A stretch of DNA of 64,000 bases from Methanobacteriota archaeon (GTDB lineage: Archaea > Halobacteriota > Bog-38 > Methanoflorentales > Methanoflorentaceae), in assembly GCA_963720465.1 (NCBI GenBank), contig OY970393.1, positions 2,016,001 through 2,080,000 of the forward strand, written 5' to 3'. How positions within the stretch are numbered: the stretch's first letter is position 1; the number at the start of each line of letters is the position of its first letter. Made by a program: the position numbers and the translations under genes. This document shows positions 11,047 to 21,779 of this stretch, one piece after another. The notes below the pieces were generated by a model, which did no database searches, was not told where the DNA came from, and saw only the letters and a list, made by a program, of their open reading frames with translations.

Positions 11047-11640
11047 ATGAACGATTTGAACGATCTCATAAACAAAGCGCAGGAACTACGCGAGAAAGGG
11101 TTGCGTTCCGGAGAGATAGCGGACGAACTGAACATATCACGAGAAACGGCAACGTGGCTTCTCACCCGCTCCAAGAGTTCACAAGAGCCCGTGCCAAAGG
11201 ACATATACGTAAACTGGAGCGAGATTGGGCAAAAAGCAGAGAGGCTCAGATTCGTCTCGCTCGCGTTGGTCGACCTGATCTTGGAGACGGGTGATCCTGA
11301 CGTAGTAATCGGCGTCGCGCTCAGTGGACTACCTCTTGCGACGCTTGTCGCCGATGAAATCGGAGCAGAGCTCGCAGTGTTTGTTCCACAAAAACAAAAG
11401 GGATCTGAAAATGGCGGCGTTAAGGGCTCATTTAGTCAAAACTTCGCTGATATTGCGGGAAAAAGCTGTGCGATAGTCGATGATGTAATAACCACTGGAA
11501 GCACGGCGATTGAAATCATAGAGAGCATCAAAGATATGAAAGCAACGCCACTATCGGTAGCGGTTCTTATTAACAAGAAAGGGATTGATCAAGTCCAGAA
11601 CGTTCCGATCAGGTCGCTTGTTCAAATAACTATTTTCTAA
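11047..11640 (+). CDS. orotate phosphoribosyltransferase-like protein with N-terminal HTH (GfcR/PyrE-like)
   Basis: GEIADELNISRETATWL HTH; IVDDVITTGST PRPP loop. Confidence 0.85.
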   Translation: MNDLNDLINKAQELREKGLRSGEIADELNISRETATWLLTRSKSSQEPVPKDIYVNWSEIGQKAERLRFVSLALVDLILETGDPDVVIGVALSGLPLATLVADEIGAELAVFVPQKQKGSENGGVKGSFSQNFADIAGKSCAIVDDVITTGSTAIEIIESIKDMKATPLSVAVLINKKGIDQVQNVPIRSLVQITIF

Positions 11641-11662
11641 TCGTCGCGACTCGCCGCAGGAA

Positions 11663-14575
11663 GTGCAAGTGGTAACTTCTGAACTTGCTGAAATTCGAGC
11701 AATTGAGAAGAAGTGGCAGGATCGTTGGTTTCGCGATAAGATATTTGAACCAAAGAGCGCAGGGTCGAAGAAGTACTTCTTAACGACGCCGTATCCGTAC
11801 ACGAGCGGACCGCAGCACATAGGCCATACGCGGACCTATAACCTTGCTGATATTCACGCTCGGTTCATGCGAATGAACGGCCACAACGTGCTGTGGCCGA
11901 TGGCGTGGCACATCACAGGCACACCCATCTTAGCTATTAGCTCGTGCATAGAGCGTTGCGAAAGCGCCACGATAGCGCTTTATGAGAACTACGTTCGCCT
12001 CTATGAGGACGACGAGTCGCGCGTTGAGCAGATCGTCAACTCGTTTGCGGATCCTTGGAATATCGCGAACTACTTTGCAGCTATGATCGCGCCTGATTTC
12101 AAGAAGATGGGCTTCTCAATCGACTGGTCCCGGCAGTTTACCACCGGCGACCTCGTCTACAACCAGTTTATTCGATGGCAGTACGGCAAGCTGATGGAGC
12201 TAGGGCTGATCGTGCGCGGACAACACCCAGTGCTCTTCTGCACGATCGATCAAAACGCCGTCGGGGAAGACGATATCGCCGGCGGCGACGTTGAGAAGAT
12301 ATCAATCGACGACTACATCGGGATCAAGTTCTCTTTAGACGAAGCTTATGTCGTCACGGCCACGCTGCGCCCTGAAACAGTTTTTGCGGTAACAAATCTC
12401 TGGGTTGCGCCAAACGCGACCTACGTCAAAGCCTACGTCGACGGTGAGGTGTGGATCATTTCCCACCAAAGTGCCTCCAAGTTGCGCTATCAGCAGCGGG
12501 AGGTCACTATCATTGAGGAGTTCCAGGGCACCTCTCTCCTAGGGGCTCATTGCATCAGCCCTCTCGGACGTAAAATACCTGTTCTTCCGGCGTCTTTCGT
12601 CGATTCTGATCACGGTACCGGAATCGTCATGAGTGTCCCCGCTCACGCCCCCTATGATTGGGCAGCGCTGAACGACCTAAAGCAGCAAGGGAGCACAGAT
12701 TTAGACGTTGATATCTCATCGTTAAGCCGCGATATTCAAGCTATACAGCCGATATCTCTCGTCAAAATCGACGGGTACGGGGATTTTCCCGCAGCAGAGC
12801 TATGCGAGCGATACGGCGTTCGGTCTCAACTCGACGACAAGACGCTTAGCCATATTACCAACATACTTTACAGAGAGGAATTTTATACCGGGATTCTCAA
12901 GCAAGCTGCTGAGCAATTTGATGGCCGGCTAGTGCGCGACGTAAAGCAGGATATCGTTGAATTCCTCAATAGTCGAAATGCCGCGTCGAGCATTTATGAG
13001 ACCTCAACAAAAGGACTCTGTCGATGCGGAGGCCGGGTGGTTGTCGCCGTAGAGCCTGGCCAGTATTTCCTCAACTATGGCGACCCTCACTGGAAAGAAA
13101 AAGCATTCGAATTGCTTGACCAGCTTGAAATCGTACCAGAGACATACCGAGCACAGTTCGTCCAGACGTTTGAGTGGCTCGATCAACGACCGTGCGTTCG
13201 GCGTAGGGGGCTTGGGACGGAATTTCCATTCTCAACCGAGCACTGGATAATTGAGCCGCTTTCTGATTCCGTTATCTACATGGCGCTCTATACCGTCATC
13301 AAGCACATACGCGAGTGTGACCCTGAGCGGCTAACGCCAGCCTTCTTTGACCACGTTTTCCTGGGCAAGGGCGACGTTACGGACGTCTGCCAGCAAACAG
13401 GTTTGCCAGAGACGGTGATCAGAGCTGCGCGAAAAGATTTCATATACTGGTATCCGAACGATCATCGGCACACTGCTATCGCCCACATATCCAATCACCT
13501 GAGCTTCTTTTTGTTCCATCACGCGATACTGTTTCCGGAGACGTGCTGGCCAAAGATCGTCACTCTCAACGAGCTTCTCGTTCGCGAAGGGGTGAAGATG
13601 TCGAAAAGCAAGGGTAACGTAATTCCCATTGCGACAGTTCCGGAGGTCTATAGTGCAGACCTCGTGCGGCTGTGTCTGGTGTCCATTGCCGATCTGAATT
13701 CAACCGTTGACTGGACAGAAAAAGACGTCGACATGGTCAAAAAGAGGCTTCTGAGGTTTTGGCACGCGACGAAGAGGGATGTCGAAGCGGCGAGGCCGGA
13801 ATACAATGGGCAACTCTCCTTTGCGAGTCGATGGATACTCGCAGCGACTAAGGCTATGGTATCCAAAACGTCTGAAGCCGCACATCAATTCTCGTACAGA
13901 AAGTACGTCACTGAAGCGTTTTTTGAGCACTTAAACCGGGTTGAAGAGTATAAATCGATGATTTTGGACGGTAACGAGAAGCGTCGCACGCTCTGGGACG
14001 TCATCGATATATGGCTCCGTGTGCTAGCGCCAGTTGTGCCTCACATTGCTGAGGAGCTGTGGGAGAGAATGCAGAAGTCTGGTTACATTTCCCTCGCAGA
14101 ATTCCCGCTGTATAACGATCTTTATGCCGAAACACTTCTGCAAAAGGGCTTTTTAGATGAAGTGATCAGTGATATCTCAAACATACAAGCCGCAATAAAG
14201 CGGGAAACCGAATCAATTTTCATCTACCTTCCGGCTCAGTGGAAATACACCCTCTACGCCGTCGCGCGTGGGCTTGATGATCCGTCGATCAAGAACATCA
14301 TAGCCCGAGCCAAAGACGACCCCCTTCTGCGTATGTACGTAAAAGAAATCGCTCGTGTCGCACCTGATCTTGTCAAATCGCTCGCTCACGAGGCCTCATC
14401 TGCCGACGCCCTCGACTTCAAGGCCGAATCAGACGCTCTTCTCGCGGCTAAGGACTACATGACGCGAAAATTTGGGAAACACGTGTACGTCTGCGCAGAA
14501 AATGACAACGTGTACGATCCTGCGAATCGCGCGAGGCGAGCACTTCCCATGAAACCGGCAATCTACGTTGAGTAG
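11663..14575 (+). CDS. leuS: leucyl-tRNA synthetase (archaeal type)
   Basis: PYPYTSGPQHIGH, ATLRPET, GTGIVMSVPAHAPYD editing motif, KMSKS, C-terminal PMKPAIYVE. Confidence 0.95.
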   Translation: MQVVTSELAEIRAIEKKWQDRWFRDKIFEPKSAGSKKYFLTTPYPYTSGPQHIGHTRTYNLADIHARFMRMNGHNVLWPMAWHITGTPILAISSCIERCESATIALYENYVRLYEDDESRVEQIVNSFADPWNIANYFAAMIAPDFKKMGFSIDWSRQFTTGDLVYNQFIRWQYGKLMELGLIVRGQHPVLFCTIDQNAVGEDDIAGGDVEKISIDDYIGIKFSLDEAYVVTATLRPETVFAVTNLWVAPNATYVKAYVDGEVWIISHQSASKLRYQQREVTIIEEFQGTSLLGAHCISPLGRKIPVLPASFVDSDHGTGIVMSVPAHAPYDWAALNDLKQQGSTDLDVDISSLSRDIQAIQPISLVKIDGYGDFPAAELCERYGVRSQLDDKTLSHITNILYREEFYTGILKQAAEQFDGRLVRDVKQDIVEFLNSRNAASSIYETSTKGLCRCGGRVVVAVEPGQYFLNYGDPHWKEKAFELLDQLEIVPETYRAQFVQTFEWLDQRPCVRRRGLGTEFPFSTEHWIIEPLSDSVIYMALYTVIKHIRECDPERLTPAFFDHVFLGKGDVTDVCQQTGLPETVIRAARKDFIYWYPNDHRHTAIAHISNHLSFFLFHHAILFPETCWPKIVTLNELLVREGVKMSKSKGNVIPIATVPEVYSADLVRLCLVSIADLNSTVDWTEKDVDMVKKRLLRFWHATKRDVEAARPEYNGQLSFASRWILAATKAMVSKTSEAAHQFSYRKYVTEAFFEHLNRVEEYKSMILDGNEKRRTLWDVIDIWLRVLAPVVPHIAEELWERMQKSGYISLAEFPLYNDLYAETLLQKGFLDEVISDISNIQAAIKRETESIFIYLPAQWKYTLYAVARGLDDPSIKNIIARAKDDPLLRMYVKEIARVAPDLVKSLAHEASSADALDFKAESDALLAAKDYMTRKFGKHVYVCAENDNVYDPANRARRALPMKPAIYVE

Positions 14576-14593
14576 GTAGAGCTGGGGCGCAGA

Positions 14594-14923
14594 TTAGCCC
14601 CCTCTGGCGCGTTTTACTGCTTCTTGAGCCTTTTTTGCACGCTGTTTTGCTGTGTATCCGGTAGCTTTTTCCAGAAAACAGCGGAACCGCGCGTTCGTAT
14701 CGATCATTACTGCTTCGGGAACGCTGGTACTAGATTCGGTATCTACGAGCAACGTATCGGCCACACGTATCGTAATCTTTTGCAGTGCCCCGTAGCTTAA
14801 GCGGTACTCTTCGTCGCGCACGTTGATGTCGATGCCAAAGCACACCCTGAGTGCTTCGACAACCCGCTGATTGGCATCCTTCTTGAATCCTCGCTTGAAC
14901 GCATATGCTTGAATTGCAGTCAC
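14594..14923 (-). CDS. conserved archaeal hypothetical protein (DUF5611-like)
   Basis: YAFKRGF, SYGAL, FLEKATGYTAKQR. Confidence 0.75.
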   Translation of the reverse strand: MTAIQAYAFKRGFKKDANQRVVEALRVCFGIDINVRDEEYRLSYGALQKITIRVADTLLVDTESSTSVPEAVMIDTNARFRCFLEKATGYTAKQRAKKAQEAVKRARGG

Positions 14924-15106
14924 GACCTGTGGGCGATGAGACCTATACGTTCTTTGCGGCGCATTGTTTATATGCGCTCCGCAAAGGACGCGATTATCCG
15001 AGGCCGTTCTGAGACCAAGAGAAGAGTCGCGGAATGGTTAGATAAAGTATTTACTTAGTAATGGGTCATTGTTTAGAAAGTGAGCAATTATGGACGCTGA
15101 TACATT

Positions 15107-15856
15107 ATGAAAGCCGGAACGACTGACAACGAATACGTTAACATGATTATTGAAGAAGAGGTGAGTTCAAAGAACCCCACAATCCTCGAGGGATTCCCCG
15201 GAATCGGCCTCGTTGGCAACATCGTGGCCACACAAATAGCATCCGAGCTCAAAATGAAGCAGATAGGAACTATCGAATCTCGCCTATTTCCGCCCATTAC
15301 GGTGCTCTTTGATGGACTCACGCACGCCCCAGTCAGAATCTATGACGATCCTCAAAACAACTTCATCGTAGTGCTATCGGATATCCTCATTCACCCAATG
15401 ATTGCTTATGACATAGGGAAAGCAGTTATTGGCTGGGCGCAGAGCCTGAATGCGAAACTCAATATACCAATCGCCGGTATCGCTACGATGCGCGAAGAAC
15501 GCACCGTTTATGCCGCCGCGACTGGCGCCGAACAACTTGGTCTCGTGAAGGATAAAACCGAGACCTTGGTGACGGGAAGCATCTCGGGTATCGCCGGAAG
15601 CATAATGAATGAGAGTCATGTTAACAAGCTCCCGGCACTTTGCCTCTTGGGAGAAACCCAAGGCCCCACTCCCGATCCCCGCGCAGCTGCTCGAGTCATC
15701 GACGTGGTAAGCAACGTATTGAACTTGAACATCAGCACGCAGAAGCTGGTTGAGGAAGCGGACCAGATCGAAACAGAGCTACACAAGCTTGCTGAGCAGG
15801 TTCAAGGGGCAGAACAGACCGAAACGAAGGGACCAACTCAGGTCATGTACGGGTGA
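15107..15856 (+). CDS. proteasome assembly chaperone (PAC2 family)
   Basis: EGFPGIGLVGNI, CLLGET..PDPRAA motifs. Confidence 0.88.
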   Translation: MKAGTTDNEYVNMIIEEEVSSKNPTILEGFPGIGLVGNIVATQIASELKMKQIGTIESRLFPPITVLFDGLTHAPVRIYDDPQNNFIVVLSDILIHPMIAYDIGKAVIGWAQSLNAKLNIPIAGIATMREERTVYAAATGAEQLGLVKDKTETLVTGSISGIAGSIMNESHVNKLPALCLLGETQGPTPDPRAAARVIDVVSNVLNLNISTQKLVEEADQIETELHKLAEQVQGAEQTETKGPTQVMYG

Positions 15857-15860
15857 GCAC

Positions 15861-16253
15861 ATGAGACATCTAGCTTTGACCGGTATATCAAAAGAGTCAA
15901 TCGACGACCTCGAGATAAAGCGCATTAGAACTTTTGAGTTGCGCAGTGCTCATAACATCCCAATTGTTTTTGCGGCTGACGTTGGTGACGAAGTGTTTGT
16001 GACGGACACCAGTCGGCACGACCTTGCGATCGGCACGACTGGGGTTTTAGCTCGCGTGCGCAACAAAACCATTTCAATGCAAAAAGTCTCACACAGGGTG
16101 GGCGACTTCTATGAAGAACGTGAGGTTATGTCGGCCCGGGTTCAGCTCGAGCTGCGCGAACACACGTGCCGGCTGCGTGGCATTGAGGACGCAGGTCCAG
16201 GCAAGATCATCGCAGTCGAGACCGCAGAAGTAAGCCACTGTGAAGGTCGATGA
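15861..16253 (+). CDS. DUF473-family protein
   Basis: ALTGISK..IRTFELRSAHN; start chosen at ATG 15861. Confidence 0.8.
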   Translation: MRHLALTGISKESIDDLEIKRIRTFELRSAHNIPIVFAADVGDEVFVTDTSRHDLAIGTTGVLARVRNKTISMQKVSHRVGDFYEEREVMSARVQLELREHTCRLRGIEDAGPGKIIAVETAEVSHCEGR

Positions 16254-16487
16254 ACTGATCTGAGCTTAAACTGGGCTCGGCTCCGTGTAAGTTGCGCCCC
16301 ACACGAGAACGCCTTGCGATACGTGGAGGACGAAGGCATCCGTGTGCAGATGCCGGCGCTTTTTTCATTGTCTGTTGCGCTACGAGAGATGCTTCAGAGG
16401 CCGGAGTCCTGCTGCTGAAAGCGACCCGCTGCTTAGTCGCCTTATCTGACACATTTATAAGTATGAGTTGCTAGCATGGAATAAAAG

Positions 16488-16562
16488 GGGCCCGTGGCTT
16501 AGTCAGGATATAGCACCGGCCTTCTAAGCCGGTGGTCGAGGGTTCAAATCCCTCCGGGTCCG
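16488..16562 (+). tRNA. tRNA-Arg(TCT)
   Basis: Acceptor GGGCCCG/CGGGTCC, anticodon arm CCGGC-CTTCTAA-GCCGG, GGTTCAAATCC T-arm, upstream TTTATAA box, downstream T-run. Confidence 0.95.
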
Positions 16563-16837
16563 TTTTTTTCTTTGCATCTCACGCGGCCTTAGAAAACGTT
16601 TCCGAAGTTGTTGGTTGGCAATCGCTTATATTGCGAGGCGAACTTGCGCCAGCCGAACCGAAATCGGACGCGGTCAGTCAGCATTCGTTTCTCTTCTCGC
16701 GACTGGGGCTTTGGTGGCTTGAGTGTGACTTGAATGGCGATCCCGGTGCACGCCGTGAAACACCGCAAAGACTAAGTTTATCGTCGGCGAATGCCCGCTG
16801 TAGCTATGCTCGCATCGCGCTACGCTAAAGGGGAGTT

Positions 16838-18178
16838 ATGATCTTCAGCGCTGATGAAATACTCGAGACACTCGACATGATCCTCTACGAGCATCTCGAC
16901 ATACGAACAGTCACTGTAGGCATCAACTTGATGGGCTGCGTGCGAGACGACCCTAAACGAATGGCCCAAGCTGTGCACGATCGGATCGTGTCTATTGCGT
17001 CTAATTTGCGCTCAGAAGCCGATCGAGCGGTAGCGCGCTATTCGTTGCCGATAGTAAACAAGCGCATCTCGGTAACGCCTATTGGCTCCTTGATCGACGT
17101 CCATCCGCAATCTGGTCCATTGATAGCGCGCGCGATGGACGAAGCCGCGTCCGAGTTAAACGTCGACTTTATCGGAGGCTACTCGGCCCTCGTCCAGAAA
17201 GGCTTTACAATCGGGACTGAGGCACTCGTGAGTTCAATTCCGGAGGCACTGAGCACGACAGAAAAGGTGTGTGCCTCCGTGAACATCGCTACGACCAAAG
17301 CGGGCATCAACATCGATGCCGCGCTGCGAATGGGTAGAGTCATCAAGGAGCTTGCTCGCATCGATCCGCCGCTTTGCACCCGTTTGGTTACCTTTGCAAA
17401 CGCGCCGCCTGATAATCCGTTTATGGCCGGTGCTTTTCACGGCCCAGGCGAACCCGAATCGGTCGTGAACGTGGGTATATCGGGCCCAGGCGTCATTAGG
17501 GCTGTAGTGGAGCGGATGGGAGATTGTGACCTTGGTGAGCTTGCCGAGGTTGTCAAACGCGCCGCATTCAAGATAACTCGCGTGGGGGAGTTGGTAGGCA
17601 AAGAGATAGCGGCACGAATGAATGTTGATTTCGGAATTGTCGACCTTTCGTTAGCGCCTACCCCCCAGAAGGGGGACTCTGTCGCACAGATCATCGAAGC
17701 AATGGGGGTTGAGCGGTGTGGGGCGCCCGGAACGACCGCTGCACTCGCTATGCTTACTGATGCCGTCAAGAAAGGAGGCGCGATGGCGTCTTCACGCGTC
17801 GGGGGCCTCAGTGGTGCGTTCATACCGGTCAGCGAAGATGCTGGCATGGCTGAAGCAATCAGCGTCGGTGCCATTGGGCTTGAGAAACTTGAGGCAATGA
17901 CGTCTGTATGTTCGGTTGGGCTTGACATGGTGTGCATTCCTTCTGCGACACCAGCCGAGACAATCGCGGGAATAATTGCTGACGAGTGCGCGATCGGGGT
18001 CATCAACGACAAAACGACGGGTGTGCGGCTTATTCCCGTAGGAAAGGAAGGAGACATGATTGATTTCGGCGGATTGCTCGGGGCTGCGCCGGTGGTGCCA
18101 ATCAACGCATTTAGCTCCAAAAAGTTCATCAGAAGGGGCGGTTCGATTCCGGCGCCGCTTAGGAGCCTCGGGAACTAA
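16838..18178 (+). CDS. PFL-like DUF711/UPF0210 protein
   Basis: [45 protein letters not shown]. Confidence 0.9.
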   Translation: MIFSADEILETLDMILYEHLDIRTVTVGINLMGCVRDDPKRMAQAVHDRIVSIASNLRSEADRAVARYSLPIVNKRISVTPIGSLIDVHPQSGPLIARAMDEAASELNVDFIGGYSALVQKGFTIGTEALVSSIPEALSTTEKVCASVNIATTKAGINIDAALRMGRVIKELARIDPPLCTRLVTFANAPPDNPFMAGAFHGPGEPESVVNVGISGPGVIRAVVERMGDCDLGELAEVVKRAAFKITRVGELVGKEIAARMNVDFGIVDLSLAPTPQKGDSVAQIIEAMGVERCGAPGTTAALAMLTDAVKKGGAMASSRVGGLSGAFIPVSEDAGMAEAISVGAIGLEKLEAMTSVCSVGLDMVCIPSATPAETIAGIIADECAIGVINDKTTGVRLIPVGKEGDMIDFGGLLGAAPVVPINAFSSKKFIRRGGSIPAPLRSLGN

Positions 18179-18216
18179 CAAAAGCGCTCGCGCTTGCTCG
18201 TTGCAGAGCAGATTGA

Positions 18217-18304
18217 CGGGCCCGCTGGGATTTGAACCCAGGTTCTTGGATGTCTCCGCACAGGCTCCGAAGTCCAAGAGGATAGTCCACTACCCTACGA
18301 GCCC
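18217..18304 (-). tRNA. tRNA-Arg(TCG) with 15-nt canonical 37/38 intron (18252-18266)
   Basis: GGGCTCG/CGGGCCC acceptor; TTGGA-CTTCGG[AGCCTGTGCGGAGAC]A-TCCAA; CTTC/GGAG helix with GGA and ACA bulges forms a bulge-helix-bulge. Confidence 0.92.
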
Positions 18305-18438
18305 ATAGTTATCCGAAGGAGCTTATCGGTATTGAAACTAACTCGGAAAACTACAAATAAGGTGCCCTCCTTATTACTTTAGCGCATCTGGGGGGCCTGA
18401 TGGCTCAAATAAGCGCGTAAGTGTTCTGCGACCTTTTC

Positions 18439-19416
18439 ATGACGAACATCGAGACAGAGAGAAAGCTAATCGAAATCCTACGAATTCTCGACGAAACTGA
18501 TGAGGCTATCGGAGCGCGGATGATCTCCGCAAACTTAAGTCAACGAGGATACCCGATAGGAGAACGCGCCGTACGCCACTATTTGGTGCTGCTTGATTAC
18601 AAAGGCTTTACGACTAAAATCGGTAACGCAGGCAGAGTCATCACCGAAAAAGGCCTGAAAGAGTTGGATGAAGCGATAGTTGGAGATCGGGTCGGATTTG
18701 TCATAACCAAGATCGACGAGCTGGTTTACCGGACGAGTTTCGACCTGAAGCTGAGAAATGGTGACATCATAGTCAATGTCGCGACTATCGACAAGAATGA
18801 CTTCGATGTTGCAATAGAAGCGGCAGCCGAGACTATAGATAGCGGATACACTGTTAGCCCGTACGTGCGTGTTCTAGAGGAGGGGGATAAGGTTGGTGCC
18901 GTCTTCATTCCTTATGGGTCTGTAGGACTCGTGACTATGTGTAGCATGACTGTCGATGGCATCTTAATCAAGCACGGGATCCCGTCTAGCATCAAATATG
19001 GGGGGCTTCTCGGAATCAAAAACAGCCAGCCAATCGCCTACACTGATCTCATCTCATACGGCGGAACTTCGCTCGATCCGATTCAAATATTCACCGCACG
19101 ACGTATGACCTCCATTTTGGCTGCAGCACGGAGCGGAGAAGGCACGGTCCTCGCTAACGTTAGAACCGTGCCGGCTGTCGCATCTGAAAAATCCATCGAA
19201 CTGCTCTTGGACGCTAAAAAAGCAGGCATCGTCGGCTGGATCGAGAGCCCCATGCAGGAAAGTTCGCCTGGAATCTGCGCTGAAAATGACGTTGTCGAGA
19301 TCAACAATTACGCCGGAGCAAATCCAATGGCGGCACTTTATGAGCTGGAAATAGCCGTGAAGGTGCATTCGATCTCAGCTCTCATGGATGTAAAGCTCCT
19401 TAATCAACGATTGTAA
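18439..19416 (+). CDS. nrpR: nitrogen repressor NrpR (wHTH plus one DUF128/NRD domain, NrpRI-like)
   Basis: EILRIL..IGAR..ERAVRHYL; TMCSMTVDGIL; SYGGTSLDP. Confidence 0.88.
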   Translation: MTNIETERKLIEILRILDETDEAIGARMISANLSQRGYPIGERAVRHYLVLLDYKGFTTKIGNAGRVITEKGLKELDEAIVGDRVGFVITKIDELVYRTSFDLKLRNGDIIVNVATIDKNDFDVAIEAAAETIDSGYTVSPYVRVLEEGDKVGAVFIPYGSVGLVTMCSMTVDGILIKHGIPSSIKYGGLLGIKNSQPIAYTDLISYGGTSLDPIQIFTARRMTSILAAARSGEGTVLANVRTVPAVASEKSIELLLDAKKAGIVGWIESPMQESSPGICAENDVVEINNYAGANPMAALYELEIAVKVHSISALMDVKLLNQRL

Positions 19417-19481
19417 GCACCGCTGACCTGTGCTGCTTGGCGCTGCGATCAGCCTTCTCCGCAGGGTAGCGTTGGAAATGC

Positions 19482-19519
19482 TTATATTTCATTACTGCCT
19501 AAAGCGGAACGTAATTTCC
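19482..19519 (+). promoter_or_regulatory. glnA promoter TATA box and NrpR operator
   Basis: TTATATT at 19482; exact GGAA-CGTAAT-TTCC (GGAA-N6-TTCC) at 19506-19519. Confidence 0.8.
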
Positions 19520-19548
19520 TACTGAGAATTACGAACAGGAGATTTTCC

Positions 19549-20880
19549 ATGGCAGAAACGAAGGACAAAGACTATGTTGTGGCCCAAGTCGAAGAACATG
19601 GCATCAGGTTCATTCGACTCTGGTTTACGGACATCCTCGGCTCTCTGAAAAGCTTTGCAATCACAACAGACGAGCTCGAAGGGGCTCTCGATGAAGGAAT
19701 GGGCTTCGATGGCTCCTCAATCATCGGCTATCAGACGATTGAGGAGTCGGATATGATTGCGAAGCCGGATCCCAGCACGTTTGCGATATTGCCGTGGCGG
19801 CCAAAAGAAAAGGGCGTTGCGCGAGTCATCTGCGACGTGCTTGAACCGTCGGGGAAGCCGTATGAGGGGGATCCCAGGTACGTCCTCAAAAGAAATCTCC
19901 AGCGAGCAGAGAAGAAAGGCCTCACATTCAACATTGGGCCGGAACTTGAGTATTTCTATTTTGCAAACAATCAATGCGCTGATATCATTGATACCGGCGG
20001 GTACTTCGATCTTACCCCGTTGGATCAGGCGACTGATCTTCGGAGAGACACGATATTTGCGCTGCAAGACATGGGCATTCGTGTTGAGTATAGTCACCAC
20101 GAGGTTGGCCCTAGCCAACACGAGATTGATCTGCGCTACGCTGACGCTTTGACAATGTCCGACAGCGTCATGACGTACCGCCTCGTCGTTAAGGAGATCG
20201 CGCTACGGGCAGGCTACTATGCTACATTTATGCCGAAGCCCATACCTGGTGAGAACGGAAGCGGCATGCACACGCACCAATCGCTGTTTAGCGGAAAGAA
20301 GAATGCATTTTTCGACCCCAATGACGCGTACCATCTGTCAGACATGGGCAAGGGATTCATTGCTGGGCAGCTGAAACACGTTAACGAATTCTGTCTCGTC
20401 ATGAGTCAATGGGTGAACTCATACAAGCGACTGGTTCCCGGCTATGAAGCGCCTGTTTACATTTCGTGGGCGCGGCGAAATAGATCGGCACTGATACGAG
20501 TGCCAATGTATAAGCCTGGGAATGAGCTCGCAACGAGGGTAGAACTGCGTTGCCCCGATCCGGCCTGTAATCCCTATCTCACCTTTGCCGTAATGCTGGC
20601 AAGCGGGCTGGACGGAATCGAAAAGGGCTACGACCTCCCTGACCCCGTCGAGAAGGACATCTTCAAAATGACGCCGCAACAGCTCGATGCACACGGCATT
20701 GGTTCACTCCCCGAGAACTTGGGACTCGCCATAAAAGAGACCGAGAACTCAGAACTCGTGCGACGCGCACTCGGCAATCACGTCTTTGACCGTCTCATCC
20801 AACTCAAAAAGAAAGAGTGGGATGAGTATCGCATCCAGGTATCCCAGTACGAGCTCGAACGGTACCTGCCTGTTTTGTAA
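19549..20880 (+). CDS. glnA: glutamine synthetase type I
   Basis: FDGSS, GPELEYF, HHEVGPSQHE, FMPKP..ENGSGMH, YKRLVPGYEAP, RVELRCPD. Confidence 0.97.
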   Translation: MAETKDKDYVVAQVEEHGIRFIRLWFTDILGSLKSFAITTDELEGALDEGMGFDGSSIIGYQTIEESDMIAKPDPSTFAILPWRPKEKGVARVICDVLEPSGKPYEGDPRYVLKRNLQRAEKKGLTFNIGPELEYFYFANNQCADIIDTGGYFDLTPLDQATDLRRDTIFALQDMGIRVEYSHHEVGPSQHEIDLRYADALTMSDSVMTYRLVVKEIALRAGYYATFMPKPIPGENGSGMHTHQSLFSGKKNAFFDPNDAYHLSDMGKGFIAGQLKHVNEFCLVMSQWVNSYKRLVPGYEAPVYISWARRNRSALIRVPMYKPGNELATRVELRCPDPACNPYLTFAVMLASGLDGIEKGYDLPDPVEKDIFKMTPQQLDAHGIGSLPENLGLAIKETENSELVRRALGNHVFDRLIQLKKKEWDEYRIQVSQYELERYLPVL

Positions 20881-20889
20881 AGAGCGTTT

Positions 20890-20944
20890 TAGGGCGGAGA
20901 ACGCGCGGGCTGCTCCGCTCTAATCTTTTTTTGTTTTTTGCTTT
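20890..20944 (+). terminator. hairpin plus T-tract after glnA
   Basis: TAGGGCGGAG...CTCCGCTCTA followed by long T-runs. Confidence 0.6.
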
Positions 20945-21631
20945 CTATCGGACGAGATCGACCGGGATTATCTCTTCGTGAATCGCCGTCGAAAGAATAA
21001 CGCCTGCAGCGCCGAGATCTTCGAGCGTATCTAAGTCTTCACTGTTCTTTACTCCGCCGGCGACAACAACTGGATGTCCCGAAACGTCGATCACCCTCTC
21101 TATGAAATCAAAGTCGACCCCGTGCTTCGTTCCCACCAGGTCGATATTCAGCACGAGCAGTTCGCTCATCTTGTAGAGGTTCATCCTCTCGATAACCTCA
21201 AGAGGATCCCCGGAAAGTGCTGGATCGGGGGACATGGCGCTTCCCTCCCTCATGTCGATGCTGACGGCGATCCTCATCGATTGAGCTGCTCGAATCACGC
21301 CGAGGCTGCCCGTTTCGGTGCCAATTATCGCTGTATCACCAATTCGCTCAGCCTCTCGGACATCATCGAGCCGCCGGATCCCCATATCGATAAGGGTTTT
21401 TGTGCGTGCGCCTATTTGTTGGATAATGAGTGAGTTGCTACCTGACCCGAGGATCCGATCGAGATCCGCGACGTACGTCCTCCTTGGCTTAATGGCGTCA
21501 ACGACATTTAGCGGATCTGATGTCGTGCAGATCTTACTATGGCGTTCAATAGGTTCATATCGTTCTCGATCGCCTCTGTAGCCTTTTACGACGACTCCGC
21601 CCCTAATGTCCATTGCAAAGATAATATCCAT
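20945..21631 (-). CDS. HisA/HisF-related TIM-barrel protein (methanogen type)
   Basis: MDIIFAMDIRGGVVV, YVADLDRI, IIGTET, AGGVK; real start at ATG 21631 rather than 21970. Confidence 0.85.
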   Translation of the reverse strand: MDIIFAMDIRGGVVVKGYRGDRERYEPIERHSKICTTSDPLNVVDAIKPRRTYVADLDRILGSGSNSLIIQQIGARTKTLIDMGIRRLDDVREAERIGDTAIIGTETGSLGVIRAAQSMRIAVSIDMREGSAMSPDPALSGDPLEVIERMNLYKMSELLVLNIDLVGTKHGVDFDFIERVIDVSGHPVVVAGGVKNSEDLDTLEDLGAAGVILSTAIHEEIIPVDLVR

Positions 21632-21779
21632 CGGTTCACCCCTCACTAAGCATATCGTCCGCACGGGAAAAACGTATTGGTCTCGCTTTGTTTCGCTGTA
21701 GGTGCCCGGACTGCGAGACTGCGGACACATCGAAACGTCCGCGTGTCGCGGGAAGCACCGCTCATCCGAGCAAACGGGG

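Noticed and set aside
16488-18304. DUF711 between two tRNA-Arg genes as an integrated element
   Set aside because: Both tRNAs are complete, different and convergent; no att duplication or integrase
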